The notes under the pieces: model-generated | Database searches by the model: none | Seen by the model: the letters and a program-made list of their open reading frames with translations, nothing else | Told to the model about the DNA's origin: nothing | Assembly (NCBI GenBank): GCA_964441945.1 | Contig: CAYTWB010000002.1 | Span: 51,213 to 115,212, forward strand | From: an uncultured Syntrophobacteraceae bacterium | GTDB taxonomy: Bacteria > Desulfobacterota > Syntrophobacteria > Syntrophobacterales > Syntrophobacteraceae | Direction of reading: 5' to 3' | Length of the DNA: 64,000 bases | Shown here: positions 37,317-47,009 of the stretch, one piece after another | How positions within the stretch are numbered: position 1 is the stretch's first letter | Layout of the letters: each line of letters starts with the position of its first letter | Position numbers and translations under genes: made by a program

Positions 37317-38891
37317 ATGTTGATCCTGACTGCCTCGGAAATGGCCCGCCTCGACCGAAAAACCATCGAGGAAATCGGCATCCCCGGTATCGTTCTGATG
37401 GAGAATGCCGCCCGAGGAGCGGCGGATTTCTTCCTTAGGGTTGCCCCGGATCTGCCGGGGCGCAGGATCGCCGTCGTTGCCGGATCTGGAAACAACGCCG
37501 GGGACGGGTTTGTTCTCGCCAGGATCTTCAGCGGACTTGGAGCTGCGGTTCGCGTCGTCTGCCTGCGTTCTCCCGATCGGCTTCAGGGAGATGCGCTCAC
37601 CAATTTCCGTATCCTCAAGAACTTGAACATCCCGGTAGTCGAGTGGGATGAAAGCCGGGATTTTTCGGACCAGTGGCAATGGATAGCGCAGAGTGATGCA
37701 GTGATCGATGCCATCCTGGGAACGGGGTTGAAAAGCGAGGTCCAGGGGCTCTATCGGCAGATTATCGAAACATTGAATACGCTCCCGGTTCCTGTTCTTG
37801 CAGTGGATGTTCCCTCAGGCCTTGACGCCGCCACGGGAAAACCGCTTGGCGTGGCCGTTCGTGCGCAGGCTACTGCCACGTTCGGGTTCCCGAAGGTGGG
37901 GCATATCGTGAGTCCCGGTGAGGAGTATGTGGGGGAGCTGCATGTGGTGGACATCGGGATTCCCCCCGGCCTGGCGGAATCTTCCGGTATCAGGAGGTTT
38001 TGCCTGGATGAGGAACAGGCTTCCCTGTGGCTGCAGCCTCGTTCTGCCGAAACTCACAAGGGCAGCGCCGGGCATGTGGCGGTCCTCTCCGGCTCCCTGG
38101 GAAAAACCGGTGCGGCAACCCTCATCTGTCAGGGAGCGGCCCGGGTTGGAGCGGGTCTGATCACCCTCTTCATCCCCGCCAGTCTGAATCCCATCCTTGA
38201 GGTCAAACTGACGGAAGCCATGACCTGCCCGGTTCCCGAGACCGTAGAGCAAACCCCGGGCCTGGCGGCGCTCCCGGCGATTCTCGGGTTCCTGCAGGGA
38301 AAGCAGGCCCTGGCGATGGGCCCGGGCATTTCACTCCACCCGGAGACTCAGGAACTGGTGAAAGCCCTGGTCCTTCAGACGGCATGCCCGATGGTCCTGG
38401 ACGCCGATGCGCTCACCATCCTCGCCGGGCACCTCGAATTGCTCAATAAGGCCTCTATGCCGCTGATTCTGACGCCGCACCCGGGGGAAATGGCCCGGCT
38501 CATCCATGGGTCGAACCAGGAGGTGCAGGAGGACCGGCTTCAGATTGCTGCGGATTTCAGCCGGGAACACGGGGTCACGCTGGTCCTGAAGGGGCATCGA
38601 ACGGTGATCGCGGCCCCGGACGGTCGGCTGGCGATCAATCGCTCCGGGAATCCGGCCATGGCCTGCGGCGGTATGGGCGATGCCCTCACCGGCATGATCG
38701 CCGGCTTTGTGGCGCAGGGATTCGAACCCTTCCAGGCAGCCTGCCTGGGAGTTTACGCTCATGGTGCGGCCGCCGACCGGTGCATCGAGGGGGGGGCAAG
38801 TCGAGGGCTGATGGCGTCGGACCTTCTGGAGCGGGTCCCGCAGGTGATCGGTTGGCTGGAGCGTGCCGGAGGGTCTGCATGCACGGAGTGA
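37317..38891 (+). CDS. nnr: Bifunctional NAD(P)H-hydrate repair enzyme (epimerase / ADP-dependent dehydratase)
   Basis: The N-terminal YjeF_N domain carries GSGNNAGDG. The C-terminal carbohydrate-kinase domain carries HKG..G.V…GGMGD.L.G. A GGAGGAAG SD is present. Confidence 0.9.
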   Translation: MLILTASEMARLDRKTIEEIGIPGIVLMENAARGAADFFLRVAPDLPGRRIAVVAGSGNNAGDGFVLARIFSGLGAAVRVVCLRSPDRLQGDALTNFRILKNLNIPVVEWDESRDFSDQWQWIAQSDAVIDAILGTGLKSEVQGLYRQIIETLNTLPVPVLAVDVPSGLDAATGKPLGVAVRAQATATFGFPKVGHIVSPGEEYVGELHVVDIGIPPGLAESSGIRRFCLDEEQASLWLQPRSAETHKGSAGHVAVLSGSLGKTGAATLICQGAARVGAGLITLFIPASLNPILEVKLTEAMTCPVPETVEQTPGLAALPAILGFLQGKQALAMGPGISLHPETQELVKALVLQTACPMVLDADALTILAGHLELLNKASMPLILTPHPGEMARLIHGSNQEVQEDRLQIAADFSREHGVTLVLKGHRTVIAAPDGRLAINRSGNPAMACGGMGDALTGMIAGFVAQGFEPFQAACLGVYAHGAAADRCIEGGASRGLMASDLLERVPQVIGWLERAGGSACTE

Positions 38892-39415
38892 GACTCACAT
38901 CGCCGTGCGAGGACTGCAGTCTGGCGCTTGGAATCGGGGTCGGACAGCGGGTGGAACCGGGCGACGTCCTGGCGCTCTGGGGAGAGCTCGGTTCCGGAAA
39001 GACGCTTTTCACTCGCGGGATCGCCTGGGGGATGGGGGTGCCCCGGCAGATGCCGATCACGAGCCCGACTTTCACCCTTATCAATGAATATGAAGGCCGC
39101 CTGCGGCTCTACCACCTGGATCTCTATCGACTGACGACCCCTGACGAACTGGAGACCCTGCCCTGGCGGGAGGTCCTCTTCGGAAACGGTGTAACCGTCA
39201 TCGAATGGCCGGATCGCATGGGGGGATTGCTCCCCCCTGAACGGTGGGACATCAGGCTTGAATTCCTCGATGATGAACGCCGGATCATCACTCTTTCTGC
39301 TGTTGGCGAAAGCCGGCGGGCAAGGATCGATCTCCTGGCCCAGGAGCTGATCGAAATCGCCCGGATCGAAGCCTGTCAACCGCACCCTCTTCGGAGGGGT
39401 GTCCACCACATCTGA
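38879..39415 (+). CDS. tsaE: tRNA t6A37 biosynthesis ATPase TsaE (with a C-terminal extension)
   Basis: LWGELGSGKTLFTRG…SPTF.L.NEY…LYH.DLYRL. ATG 38879 overlaps the nnr end by 13 nt. Confidence 0.85.
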   Translation: MHGVRLTSPCEDCSLALGIGVGQRVEPGDVLALWGELGSGKTLFTRGIAWGMGVPRQMPITSPTFTLINEYEGRLRLYHLDLYRLTTPDELETLPWREVLFGNGVTVIEWPDRMGGLLPPERWDIRLEFLDDERRIITLSAVGESRRARIDLLAQELIEIARIEACQPHPLRRGVHHI

Positions 39416-39462
39416 GCGCAAGTCCCTGCCCAATTCAGCCGGCGTGTGAGCCGCTGTTGTAA

Positions 39463-39617
39463 GGGCGACCGGCCGGTCGCCCCTACCCCACCGCTGCCAA
39501 CTGGTTAAGGATTTCCGCCGTGCTACCCCGGAATCCTGTCAGAGAACACCCCCACACCTGGCTTCTCCCCCAATGTTGGTGAATTATGATCAAGACGGGC
39601 GGGCATAAAGCCCGCCC
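39463..39617. repeat. Cluster of GC-rich hairpin repeats
   Basis: A perfect 20-bp palindrome gggcgaccggccggtcgccc lies at 39463-39482. The hairpin gggcgggc-ataaa-gcccgccc at 39597-39617 matches 28451-28471. Confidence 0.7.
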
Positions 39618-39718
39618 TTACGGCGAATCGTTGTCCGGCAACGTAGAGGCGACCTTTATGCCGGCCCGAAAGACCTGCTGAAATCCTTATTTCACCAACA
39701 TAGCGTTTCAATGAGAGG

Positions 39719-40027
39719 CTATTCGAACAGGACCCGCTCATCCGGGTCTTCCATCTCTTCCGGGAAGTCGTGGAAGGGGAAAGAGCGGAAGTTCTCATTG
39801 AGCGTCGTGTATCGGATGACCCTGTAGGCGTAGGCGGCAAGCCTGTTGGAGAAGTTGCGCAGGGGTACGCTGTATTTCTGGGCGACAAAGAGATAGATGT
39901 ATTGCAAAAGGACCGTAATCTGAACAACGAATTTGATCGCCTCGAGGGCAATCAGGAAGAGCAGGGTGTAGAGAAACCGAATGCCGATCTGTCTGCGGGA
40001 AGCCTTTGATTCTTCGATTTTGTCCAT
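39719..40027 (-). CDS. Small membrane protein (DUF4389-like, tentative)
   Basis: 102 aa with two hydrophobic helices (IRFLYTLLFLIALEAIKFVVQITVLLQYIYLFV). It lies 20 nt downstream of the radical-SAM gene on the same strand. Confidence 0.6.
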   Translation of the reverse strand: MDKIEESKASRRQIGIRFLYTLLFLIALEAIKFVVQITVLLQYIYLFVAQKYSVPLRNFSNRLAAYAYRVIRYTTLNENFRSFPFHDFPEEMEDPDERVLFE

Positions 40028-40046
40028 GGTTTTTCCTCCGTTTGAA

Positions 40047-41594
40047 TCATGAAAGTGTTGGGGATACAGGGCCTTCCTTGAGGCTCCACCAGTCTTCCCA
40101 TTGCAGTGGGAATTGAGGGGACCAGAAGAGCTTGCGGAAATGATAGCCGTAGATGGACATGGTCACCACGTCGGAAAACGCCTGCCGGTATCTTGAAAGC
40201 CCGTCCTTCAATAACCGCCAGTAGTAACTCCGGTTGAAGTCCTTGTCGGCCACCCCCAGAAACCACAGGGAACGCGCAAGCGCCAGGATGTCTCTCGAAT
40301 CGAGACTCGTTACGGCCTTGGGCCGGTACTGGGAAAGAAAAGCAAGGATCCTTTTGTAATACATTTCCGGTGAGTAGATGGTGTTCATCACCCATCGATA
40401 ACCGTCGATGATGGCCTGGCGGTCCATTTTGGGAATGAAATTGAGGCTCCCGCTGACATCCGTATTGTCGCCTGACGCCTTGAACAAGAGGCGGCCTTCC
40501 GCTTCCAGCCTTTTGTAGAGCCGAGTTCCGGGGATTGCCGTCAAGAGGCCGATCATTGCCGCCACAATGCCGTTTTCCTGGATGAAGTCGACCTGCCGCT
40601 GGAAGATGTCCGGAGGGTCGCTGTCAAAGCCGATGATAAAGCCTCCCATCACCGCCAGTCCATGATTTTGAATCGTTCTCACCGACTCGGAGAGATTCAT
40701 GCGCAGGTTCTGGGACTTCCCGCATTCTCGAAGCCCCTCTTCGCAAGGGGTCTCAAGCCCCAGGAATACCTTGTTGAACCCGGCTTTCACCATGAGATTC
40801 ATGAGCTCCGGGTCTTCCGCCAGATCGACGGATGCTTCGGTGAAAAAGGTGATGCGCTTCTTGCGGCTGCTCTGCCAGACATCAATGGCCCTGAGGAGAC
40901 TCTTCACCTTTGCCTTGTTGCTGATGAAATTGTCATCCACGATGAAGACCGAACCCCGCCAGCCGAGATCGTACAGGGCATCCAGTTCGGCATGCATCTG
41001 TTCGTTGCTCTTGGTCCTTGGAATGCGGCCGTTCATCACGATGATATCGCAGAACTCGCAGTTGAAAGGGCAGCCCCTGGAATACTGGACGCTCATGCAG
41101 GAGTAATCGTTCAGATCGATCAGGTCCCATCGGGGTATGGGCGTCTTGTCCAAAGAAGGGTGGTCCTGGCATTCGTAGACGGATTTCGGGGCACCCTTTC
41201 GAAGGTCGGACACAAAACGGGGTACCGTAATTTCACCTTCGCCCAGGAAAAGGTGATCCACATCGGGGAAGTCATTCCGATAGGAGCGAAAGAGGGGGCC
41301 TCCGCAGGCCGTTTTCACGCCCAGTTTGCGGCACCGGTCAATGACCTGCCGAGTCGAATCCTTTTGGGCTATCATCGCGCTGATAAAGGCGTAGTCGGCC
41401 CAGGTGAGGTCCTCGTCCCTGAGCGGTCCGGCATTCAAATCGACCAGCCGGAGATTCCAGTTCCTCGGCAGCATGGCGGCCACAGTGAGGGCGCCCAACG
41501 GGGGGAATGCCGCTTTTCGGCCGATCACGCGGAGGGCATGTTTGAAGCTCCAGAAGGTTTCAGAAACTTTCGGGTAGACAAGGAGTATGTTCAT
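40047..41594 (-). CDS. B12-binding-domain radical SAM protein (class B, with DUF4070-like C-terminus)
   Basis: ATG 41594 gives MNILLVYPK…FPPLGALTVAAML, the cobalamin-binding Rossmann domain. The radical-SAM motif is YSRGCPFNCEFCDI. Confidence 0.85.
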   Translation of the reverse strand: MNILLVYPKVSETFWSFKHALRVIGRKAAFPPLGALTVAAMLPRNWNLRLVDLNAGPLRDEDLTWADYAFISAMIAQKDSTRQVIDRCRKLGVKTACGGPLFRSYRNDFPDVDHLFLGEGEITVPRFVSDLRKGAPKSVYECQDHPSLDKTPIPRWDLIDLNDYSCMSVQYSRGCPFNCEFCDIIVMNGRIPRTKSNEQMHAELDALYDLGWRGSVFIVDDNFISNKAKVKSLLRAIDVWQSSRKKRITFFTEASVDLAEDPELMNLMVKAGFNKVFLGLETPCEEGLRECGKSQNLRMNLSESVRTIQNHGLAVMGGFIIGFDSDPPDIFQRQVDFIQENGIVAAMIGLLTAIPGTRLYKRLEAEGRLLFKASGDNTDVSGSLNFIPKMDRQAIIDGYRWVMNTIYSPEMYYKRILAFLSQYRPKAVTSLDSRDILALARSLWFLGVADKDFNRSYYWRLLKDGLSRYRQAFSDVVTMSIYGYHFRKLFWSPQFPLQWEDWWSLKEGPVSPTLS

Positions 41595-42096
41595 CAGGGA
41601 TCCCCTTTTCTTGAGAATTGGCAGAGAAGGCAACACCTGTGTTCACGTGGAGCCAGCTTATTACGGATCGACGATTAGATCAAGCAGATTGCGATGATCC
41701 TGGGACCCTTCACCAGGTCGGACCCGGCTTGGGACGAAATGGGATCGGAACGAATCAGCATGTTTATTCCGTATGCTTTATCCAGCCGACAACGCATCCT
41801 GTGCGCTGGCAAGAGCGGTTCAGCTGGTGTAATATGCCCGCGCTTGGAAGACCGTTGAGCCGTTGTTCAGGGGTCCTTATGGATGTCCAAAGCGATGAAG
41901 GCGTCAGGTGGTTACTCATTTTGCTTGAAAAGCAGTCGTTTTTGTCTCACGCAGAGGCGCGGAGCGCGCGGAGAAAACCCGCTGACATAGGGCTCAGCGT
42001 CCTCTTCATTTTCGCGTGAACAGTAACTTTTGAACCTTTGCGGGGTTCACGCGCAATTTGCAGTTCGCAACTGCTTGAACCGGAGGTCCTGACAAC

Positions 42097-43665
42097 ATGC
42101 TGAAAAGCCCCTGGCCGGTTTTGGTTCTCTTGCTTCTTTGCCCAATAGCCTGCGGCAAAGCCGACAGCTCCGCCAAAGATGCAGGAAACCGGAACGAGAA
42201 CGTACTTAAGATCGATATTCCGGCTCCTTTCGGTTCCCTGGACCCTTGTTCGGACTCGACTTCCGGCTCCACGAGCATTTTCCCTCTGCTCTACAGCTTT
42301 CTTTTTGTCCCTGACGACGAAGGCCGTCTGGAACCGGACCTGGCGCTCCGATGGGACCATGATGCCGAGAGTTCTAGCTGGAGCATCCAGCTGAGAAACG
42401 ATGCCTTTTTCCATGACGGCCGCCCTGTTACAAGCCGGGATGTCGAGTATTCCTTGTTGCGCTTTTTCAAGAATGAGCGCCCCTGCGTCTTTCCCCTGAT
42501 CGATGGGATCACCCGCTCGTCCGAGACATCCCTCTCGATCCGTTTGAAGGAAGGCGAGGCAGGCTTTCTCATGAAGATATGGGATATTCCGATTGTCCAG
42601 GATCCAGGAGAGGCGTCATCCTGCGCCGACAACCGTCCTGTCGGGTCCGGACCGTTCATGTACGATTATCGAAAGGGAGAGCGGGAAGTCGCTCTGGCCG
42701 CCTACGAGCGGTACCACGGCGGCCGCCCGTCGCTGGACGGGGTCCTTTTCACCTATGAGCCGGACCGCGAAAAATCCTGGGCGAGGCTCCTTTCCGGAAA
42801 AACGGATATCGGTGGTCGCCTTTATCCGAAAGACTGGGAGATAATCAACCGCATCCGCGACCGGTTCTATTTTGCTGCATCCGTGCATCCGTATTACACG
42901 CTGCTTCTCTACAACACGGCCGATCCCCTTTTTGCCGATCCCAATGTGCGGCTGGCGCTTGCCCTTGCCGTCGACAGGCAGGCCATCGTCGACAGGGTTT
43001 TGCTCGGCGCGGGCGTTGTAGCGATTGGACCCGCCGGTGTGAATACCCCATATCACAACCCGGACCTCCAGCCTGTTCCATACGACCCTGAAAGGGGAAT
43101 GGAGCTCCTCCGGCAGGCCGGCTGGGCCGTCCATCCCGATGACGATCTTCTCTACCGGGAGGGGCGGCCGTTTGAATTCACCATCCTGGTTTTCAAGGGA
43201 AACGCGATCGACAGGCGGGTTGCCGAAAGCATCCAGCTCTTTCTTGGCGAGTTCGGCATCAGAACGCACCTGCAGGCGCTTCCGCAAGATGAGCTGATGC
43301 AAAGGTATGGGTACCATAATGATTTTCAGGCCGTGCTGACCGAATTCTGGGCCGATCCCAGAATGCCTGAAATAATGCAGCAGCTGTGGGCGGGAATGAA
43401 TGGGCAAGGGGCTGCGGCCGGTCTGTTCAATGATCCCCGGGTCAACGGGCTGTTTGATGAGGCCGTCCAGGTTTGCGACCTCGCCAGGAAAAAAGAGCTC
43501 TATCAGGAAATAGACGCCCTGATCACCTCCCTCCAGCCGGGAATGTTCTTGTTCCAGAAGACACGGTTCGATGTGATGTCCAGGCGGTTTCACTTGCCAC
43601 AGCGTTTTTCTTTTGACCATGCAGGGACTTGTCGTTTGAGACACGCTTCGCTTGCCAACCCCTGA
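42097..43665 (+). CDS. ABC transporter substrate-binding lipoprotein, family 5 (peptide/nickel type)
   Basis: The signal and lipobox read LLLLCPIACG. It has SBP_bac_5 architecture (…FHDGRPVTSRDVEYSL…, …GPF…, …AVDRQAIVDRV…). No cognate permease or ATPase genes are adjacent. Confidence 0.8.
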   Translation: MLKSPWPVLVLLLLCPIACGKADSSAKDAGNRNENVLKIDIPAPFGSLDPCSDSTSGSTSIFPLLYSFLFVPDDEGRLEPDLALRWDHDAESSSWSIQLRNDAFFHDGRPVTSRDVEYSLLRFFKNERPCVFPLIDGITRSSETSLSIRLKEGEAGFLMKIWDIPIVQDPGEASSCADNRPVGSGPFMYDYRKGEREVALAAYERYHGGRPSLDGVLFTYEPDREKSWARLLSGKTDIGGRLYPKDWEIINRIRDRFYFAASVHPYYTLLLYNTADPLFADPNVRLALALAVDRQAIVDRVLLGAGVVAIGPAGVNTPYHNPDLQPVPYDPERGMELLRQAGWAVHPDDDLLYREGRPFEFTILVFKGNAIDRRVAESIQLFLGEFGIRTHLQALPQDELMQRYGYHNDFQAVLTEFWADPRMPEIMQQLWAGMNGQGAAAGLFNDPRVNGLFDEAVQVCDLARKKELYQEIDALITSLQPGMFLFQKTRFDVMSRRFHLPQRFSFDHAGTCRLRHASLANP

Positions 43666-43898
43666 CAGCGTCCATCCGCGGCCGGTTTCCAGCCTGGGAC
43701 CCGGGATCAAAGGCGGATGGCTTCCCGGAAGGCGGCGGAGAAAAATCTGTACCAACCGATGGATGATTATGTTAGATGAATACGAATTTCGATCTGCTCG
43801 CCGGCACCGTTATCCCTCTGAGCATGATTCGCCGGTATTCTGTATGAAAGAGGAAAATCCGGAGGCTGAGACTCAAAGACCAGGGAGGTCGCATTGGT

Positions 43899-45149
43899 AT
43901 GGCACTTGTGGTTCAAAAGTATGGTGGCACTTCGGTCGCCGACGTTCAACGGATCCAGTCGGTGGCGCGCCGGGTGGTGGCGCGCAAGAACGCCGGAGAC
44001 AAACTCGTCGTGGTGCTTTCCGCCCGTGCGGGAGATACCGACCGGCTGATCGCCCTGGCACGTGAAATGAGCCCCAATCCGGATCCGCGTGAACTGGATG
44101 TGCTCCTCTCCACGGGGGAGCAGATCACCGTTGCACTCTTCAGTATGGCGGTCAAGGACCTTGGGGTGGAAGCCGTCTCCATGACCGGCTACCAGGCGGG
44201 CATCATCACGGACTGTCACTATGGAGAGGCACGCATCAGCGCGATCGAGGTTCGGCCCATTGAGGACAAGATCCGGGAAGGGGCGATCGTGGTCGTTGCA
44301 GGTTTCCAGGGATACGATGATACAGGCAACATCACCACCCTGGGGCGGGGCGGGTCGGACACAACGGCTGTTGCGCTGGCTGCCGCGCTGAAAGCGGATG
44401 TCTGCGAGATCTGCACGGATGTGGACGGGGTGTTCACCACCGATCCGAACCTCTACGACAAGGCCAGGAAACTGGAGAAGATCAGCTATGAAGAGATGCT
44501 CGAGATGGCAAGCATGGGGGCAAAGGTGCTGCATCTTCGATCCGTTGAGTTTGGAATGAAATTCAATGTGCCGATCCTGGTTTGCTCATCTTTTGAGAAC
44601 GTCCCGGGAACGCTCGTCACCAAGGAGGATGCTGAAATGGAAAAGGTGATGGTCTCCGGTATCACCTACAACAAGAATGAGTCCCGTATCACGCTGACCA
44701 ATGTTCCCGACGTGCCGGGCATGGCCGTAAAGCTTTTCCGTCCCATTTCAGAGGCCGGCATCAACGTGGATCTGATCGTTCAGGGGAGCGGCAGCATCCC
44801 CGGGCGGGCGAACCTTTCGTTCACCGTACCCAAGCCGCACTATGAACAGACGATGCGAATTGCCGAACAGGTGGCGAAAGAGATCGATGCGGGCGTTCAC
44901 AGCAATCCCAGCATCGCCAAGATCTCTGTGATCGGTGTGGGAATGCGCAGTCACAGCGGTGTTGCCACCAAGATGTTCGAAACCCTGGCCCGCGAGAATA
45001 TCAATCTCAAGATGATCTCGACCTCGGAAATCAAAATTTCGTGTATTATCGATGAGAAGTACGGCGAGCTGGCGGTTCGCCTGCTGCACGATGCCTTCGC
45101 GCTGGATAAGACACCCGGCGAGCGGATCAAGATCCAGGAAGAAAGCTAG
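43899..45149 (+). CDS. Aspartate kinase (monofunctional class, with two ACT domains)
   Basis: [19 protein letters not shown]…VVVLSA..G.TD.L…[31 protein letters not shown]. The ACT repeats are C-terminal. A GGGAGG SD is present. Confidence 0.93.
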   Translation: MALVVQKYGGTSVADVQRIQSVARRVVARKNAGDKLVVVLSARAGDTDRLIALAREMSPNPDPRELDVLLSTGEQITVALFSMAVKDLGVEAVSMTGYQAGIITDCHYGEARISAIEVRPIEDKIREGAIVVVAGFQGYDDTGNITTLGRGGSDTTAVALAAALKADVCEICTDVDGVFTTDPNLYDKARKLEKISYEEMLEMASMGAKVLHLRSVEFGMKFNVPILVCSSFENVPGTLVTKEDAEMEKVMVSGITYNKNESRITLTNVPDVPGMAVKLFRPISEAGINVDLIVQGSGSIPGRANLSFTVPKPHYEQTMRIAEQVAKEIDAGVHSNPSIAKISVIGVGMRSHSGVATKMFETLARENINLKMISTSEIKISCIIDEKYGELAVRLLHDAFALDKTPGERIKIQEES

Positions 45150-45163
45150 TTCATCGCGCCATC

Positions 45164-45309
45164 AATTCGTTCCCCCGTCTGGCGCCCATCACCCGCTCCC
45201 ACGCTCTGCGTGGGGGGGCCCATGCCTTCGGGCACTCTGCGCCGGTGGACGCGGAGCGCCCAGCGTGTGCGTTCCCACGCAGAGCGTGGGAACGAGGGGG
45301 AACGAACTT
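45164..45309. mobile_element. MITE family 2 (~146 bp) with 11-bp terminal inverted repeats and two internal cccacgc-NNN-gcgtggg hairpins
   Basis: The terminal inverted repeats are TTCGTTCCCCC (45166-45176) and GGGGGAACGAA (45296-45306). The internal hairpins are ctcccacgctctgcgtggg and gttcccacgcagagcgtgggaac. Confidence 0.65.
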
Positions 45310-45312
45310 ACG

Positions 45313-45355
45313 GGCCGTTGAACGTCATTCCGGCTGAAAGCATGCCGGAATGACG
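45313..45355. repeat. Partial MITE family 1 copy reduced to one perfect hairpin
   Basis: ggccgttgaacgtcattccggc-tgaaagcat-gccggaatgacg has 12-bp perfect arms. Its left part is identical to the 31776-31797 region of the full copy. Confidence 0.7.
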
Positions 45356-45426
45356 ACGAGATGTGATCAACCGGCAAAGCACCGGAAAGGTCAAAGGCTT
45401 GCGGTTCGCCGCCAGGGAGGGATTCC

Positions 45427-46998
45427 ATGCAGGAAGTGAAACTCTATGACACAACCTTGCGGGATGGGACTCAGGCCGAGGATTTTTCCGTCTCGGTCGA
45501 AGACAAGGTGATGATCGCCCTGAAACTGGATGATCTCGGCATCCACTACATCGAGGGGGGATGGCCGGGCTCCAATCCGAGGGACGTGGAATTCTTCAAG
45601 GAAATCCAGAACTACCAGCTCAAGAATGCACAAATCGCCGCCTTCGGGGCCACCTGCCATCCCAACAAGACCCCTGAAACGGACCCGAATCTGAAGGCCG
45701 TGGTGGCTGCAAAGACCCCGGTGGCCACGATCTTCGGGAAAAGCTGGACGGTCCACGTTCACGACGCTCTGCGGACCACCCTCGAGCGAAACCTCCATTT
45801 GATCGAAGCGAGCCTTGCCTGTTTGCGCCCCCAGGTGAAGACCCTCTTCTACGATGCGGAGCATTTCTTCGATGGTTTCAGGGATAACGCGGACTATGCG
45901 CTGGCGACGCTGGAAAAAGCCGTGGAGGGCGGCGCCGAATGCCTGATCCTCTGCGATACCAATGGCGGGACTCTGCCGCCGGCCATTCATGAAATCACAT
46001 CAGCGGTGAAGAGACGTTTCCCCACCGTTCCGTTGGGGATTCATACCCACAACGATTCCGACCTGGCCGTCGCCAATTCGCTTATGGCGATTCAGGCGGG
46101 GGCCGTGCAGGTTCAGGGTACGATAAACGGCATCGGCGAGCGGTGCGGCAATGCGGACCTGGTTTCCATCATACCCAATCTCTGCCTGAAGATGGGCATC
46201 CCCTGCATCGCTTCGGACAATCTTGTCAAACTCAGCAGGGTGAGCCATTTTGTACAGGAACTGGCCAATATTCCCGCAGACAAGTACCAGCCTTTTGTTG
46301 GACGAAGCGCCTTCGCCCACAAGGGAGGCATCCACATCAGCGCTGTGGAGAGGAATCCGCTCACCTATGAGCATATCGATCCGTCGCTTGTCGGCAACCG
46401 GCGTCGAGTCCTGGTCTCAGACCTTTCAGGAAAAGCTGCCATCAAGCTCAAGGCGCAGGACTACGGCCTCCCGATCTCCAAAAAAGATCCTGTCGCCATG
46501 CAGGTCCTGGAAGAACTCAAGGAGCTCGAGAGTCGGGGATTTCAATTTGAAGCGGCGGAGGCGAGCTTTGAGCTCCTCATCAACAGGGCGATGGGCAGGA
46601 GCAAGCGCTATTTCGAACTGGTGGGCTTCAGGGTGATCGATCAGAAGCTCAGCGAAGACCGGGCCCCGGTTGCCGAGGCTACCATCCAGGTCAAAGTGGG
46701 AGGGCACATCGAACACACGGCCGCACTGGGAAACGGCCCCGTCAACGCGCTCGACAACGCACTGCGCAAAGCCCTGGGAAAGTTCTACCCGGAACTGGAA
46801 GAAATGGAATTGAGCGACTACAAGGTGCGTGTCCTGCCCGGGCACAACGGCACGGCCGCCTGTGTTCGCGTGCTGATCGAGTCCCGCGACAGGCAGGACC
46901 ACTGGGGGACGGTGGGCGTTTCGCACGATATTCTTGAAGCCAGCTGGCAGGCGCTCGTGGACAGCATCAACTACAAGATGTATAAGGCCGAAAAATAG
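45427..46998 (+). CDS. cimA: (R)-citramalate synthase (IPMS/HMGL family, CimA type)
   Basis: MQEVKLYDTTLRDGTQAEDFSVSVEDK…GIHYIEGGWPGSNPRD…HTHND…, with the C-terminal LeuA-dimer regulatory domain, 523 aa. Confidence 0.88.
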   Translation: MQEVKLYDTTLRDGTQAEDFSVSVEDKVMIALKLDDLGIHYIEGGWPGSNPRDVEFFKEIQNYQLKNAQIAAFGATCHPNKTPETDPNLKAVVAAKTPVATIFGKSWTVHVHDALRTTLERNLHLIEASLACLRPQVKTLFYDAEHFFDGFRDNADYALATLEKAVEGGAECLILCDTNGGTLPPAIHEITSAVKRRFPTVPLGIHTHNDSDLAVANSLMAIQAGAVQVQGTINGIGERCGNADLVSIIPNLCLKMGIPCIASDNLVKLSRVSHFVQELANIPADKYQPFVGRSAFAHKGGIHISAVERNPLTYEHIDPSLVGNRRRVLVSDLSGKAAIKLKAQDYGLPISKKDPVAMQVLEELKELESRGFQFEAAEASFELLINRAMGRSKRYFELVGFRVIDQKLSEDRAPVAEATIQVKVGGHIEHTAALGNGPVNALDNALRKALGKFYPELEEMELSDYKVRVLPGHNGTAACVRVLIESRDRQDHWGTVGVSHDILEASWQALVDSINYKMYKAEK

Positions 46999-47009
46999 AA
47001 TGGAACCCG

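Noticed and set aside
38695-38725. tRNA T-arm-like string gggattcgaaccc
   Set aside because: It lies in-frame inside nnr (…AQGFEPFQ…). No acceptor, D or anticodon arms can be drawn around it.
40662-41678. 338-aa plus-strand ORF opposite the radical-SAM gene
   Set aside because: It is the antisense of a gene with clear B12-binding and CxxxCxxC motifs.
41900-42060. Short hairpin plus T-run (tgctt-gaaa-agca…ttttt, ~41921-41945) and the 9-bp inverted repeat cgcgtgaac…gttcacgcg (42013-42053), considered as a possible sRNA or terminator
   Set aside because: The first stem is only 5 bp and has no plus-strand gene upstream. The second resembles yet another dispersed repeat. There is not enough evidence to call an RNA gene.
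42616-43755. 379-aa minus-strand ORF opposite the substrate-binding protein gene
   Set aside because: It is the antisense of an SBP_bac_5 lipoprotein gene and has no motifs.
43666-43898. Looked for a lysine riboswitch or Thr/Lys leader peptide upstream of aspartate kinase
   Set aside because: I found no L-box core motifs, no terminator hairpin with a U-tract, and no amino-acid-biased small ORF. Only a GGGAGG SD is present.
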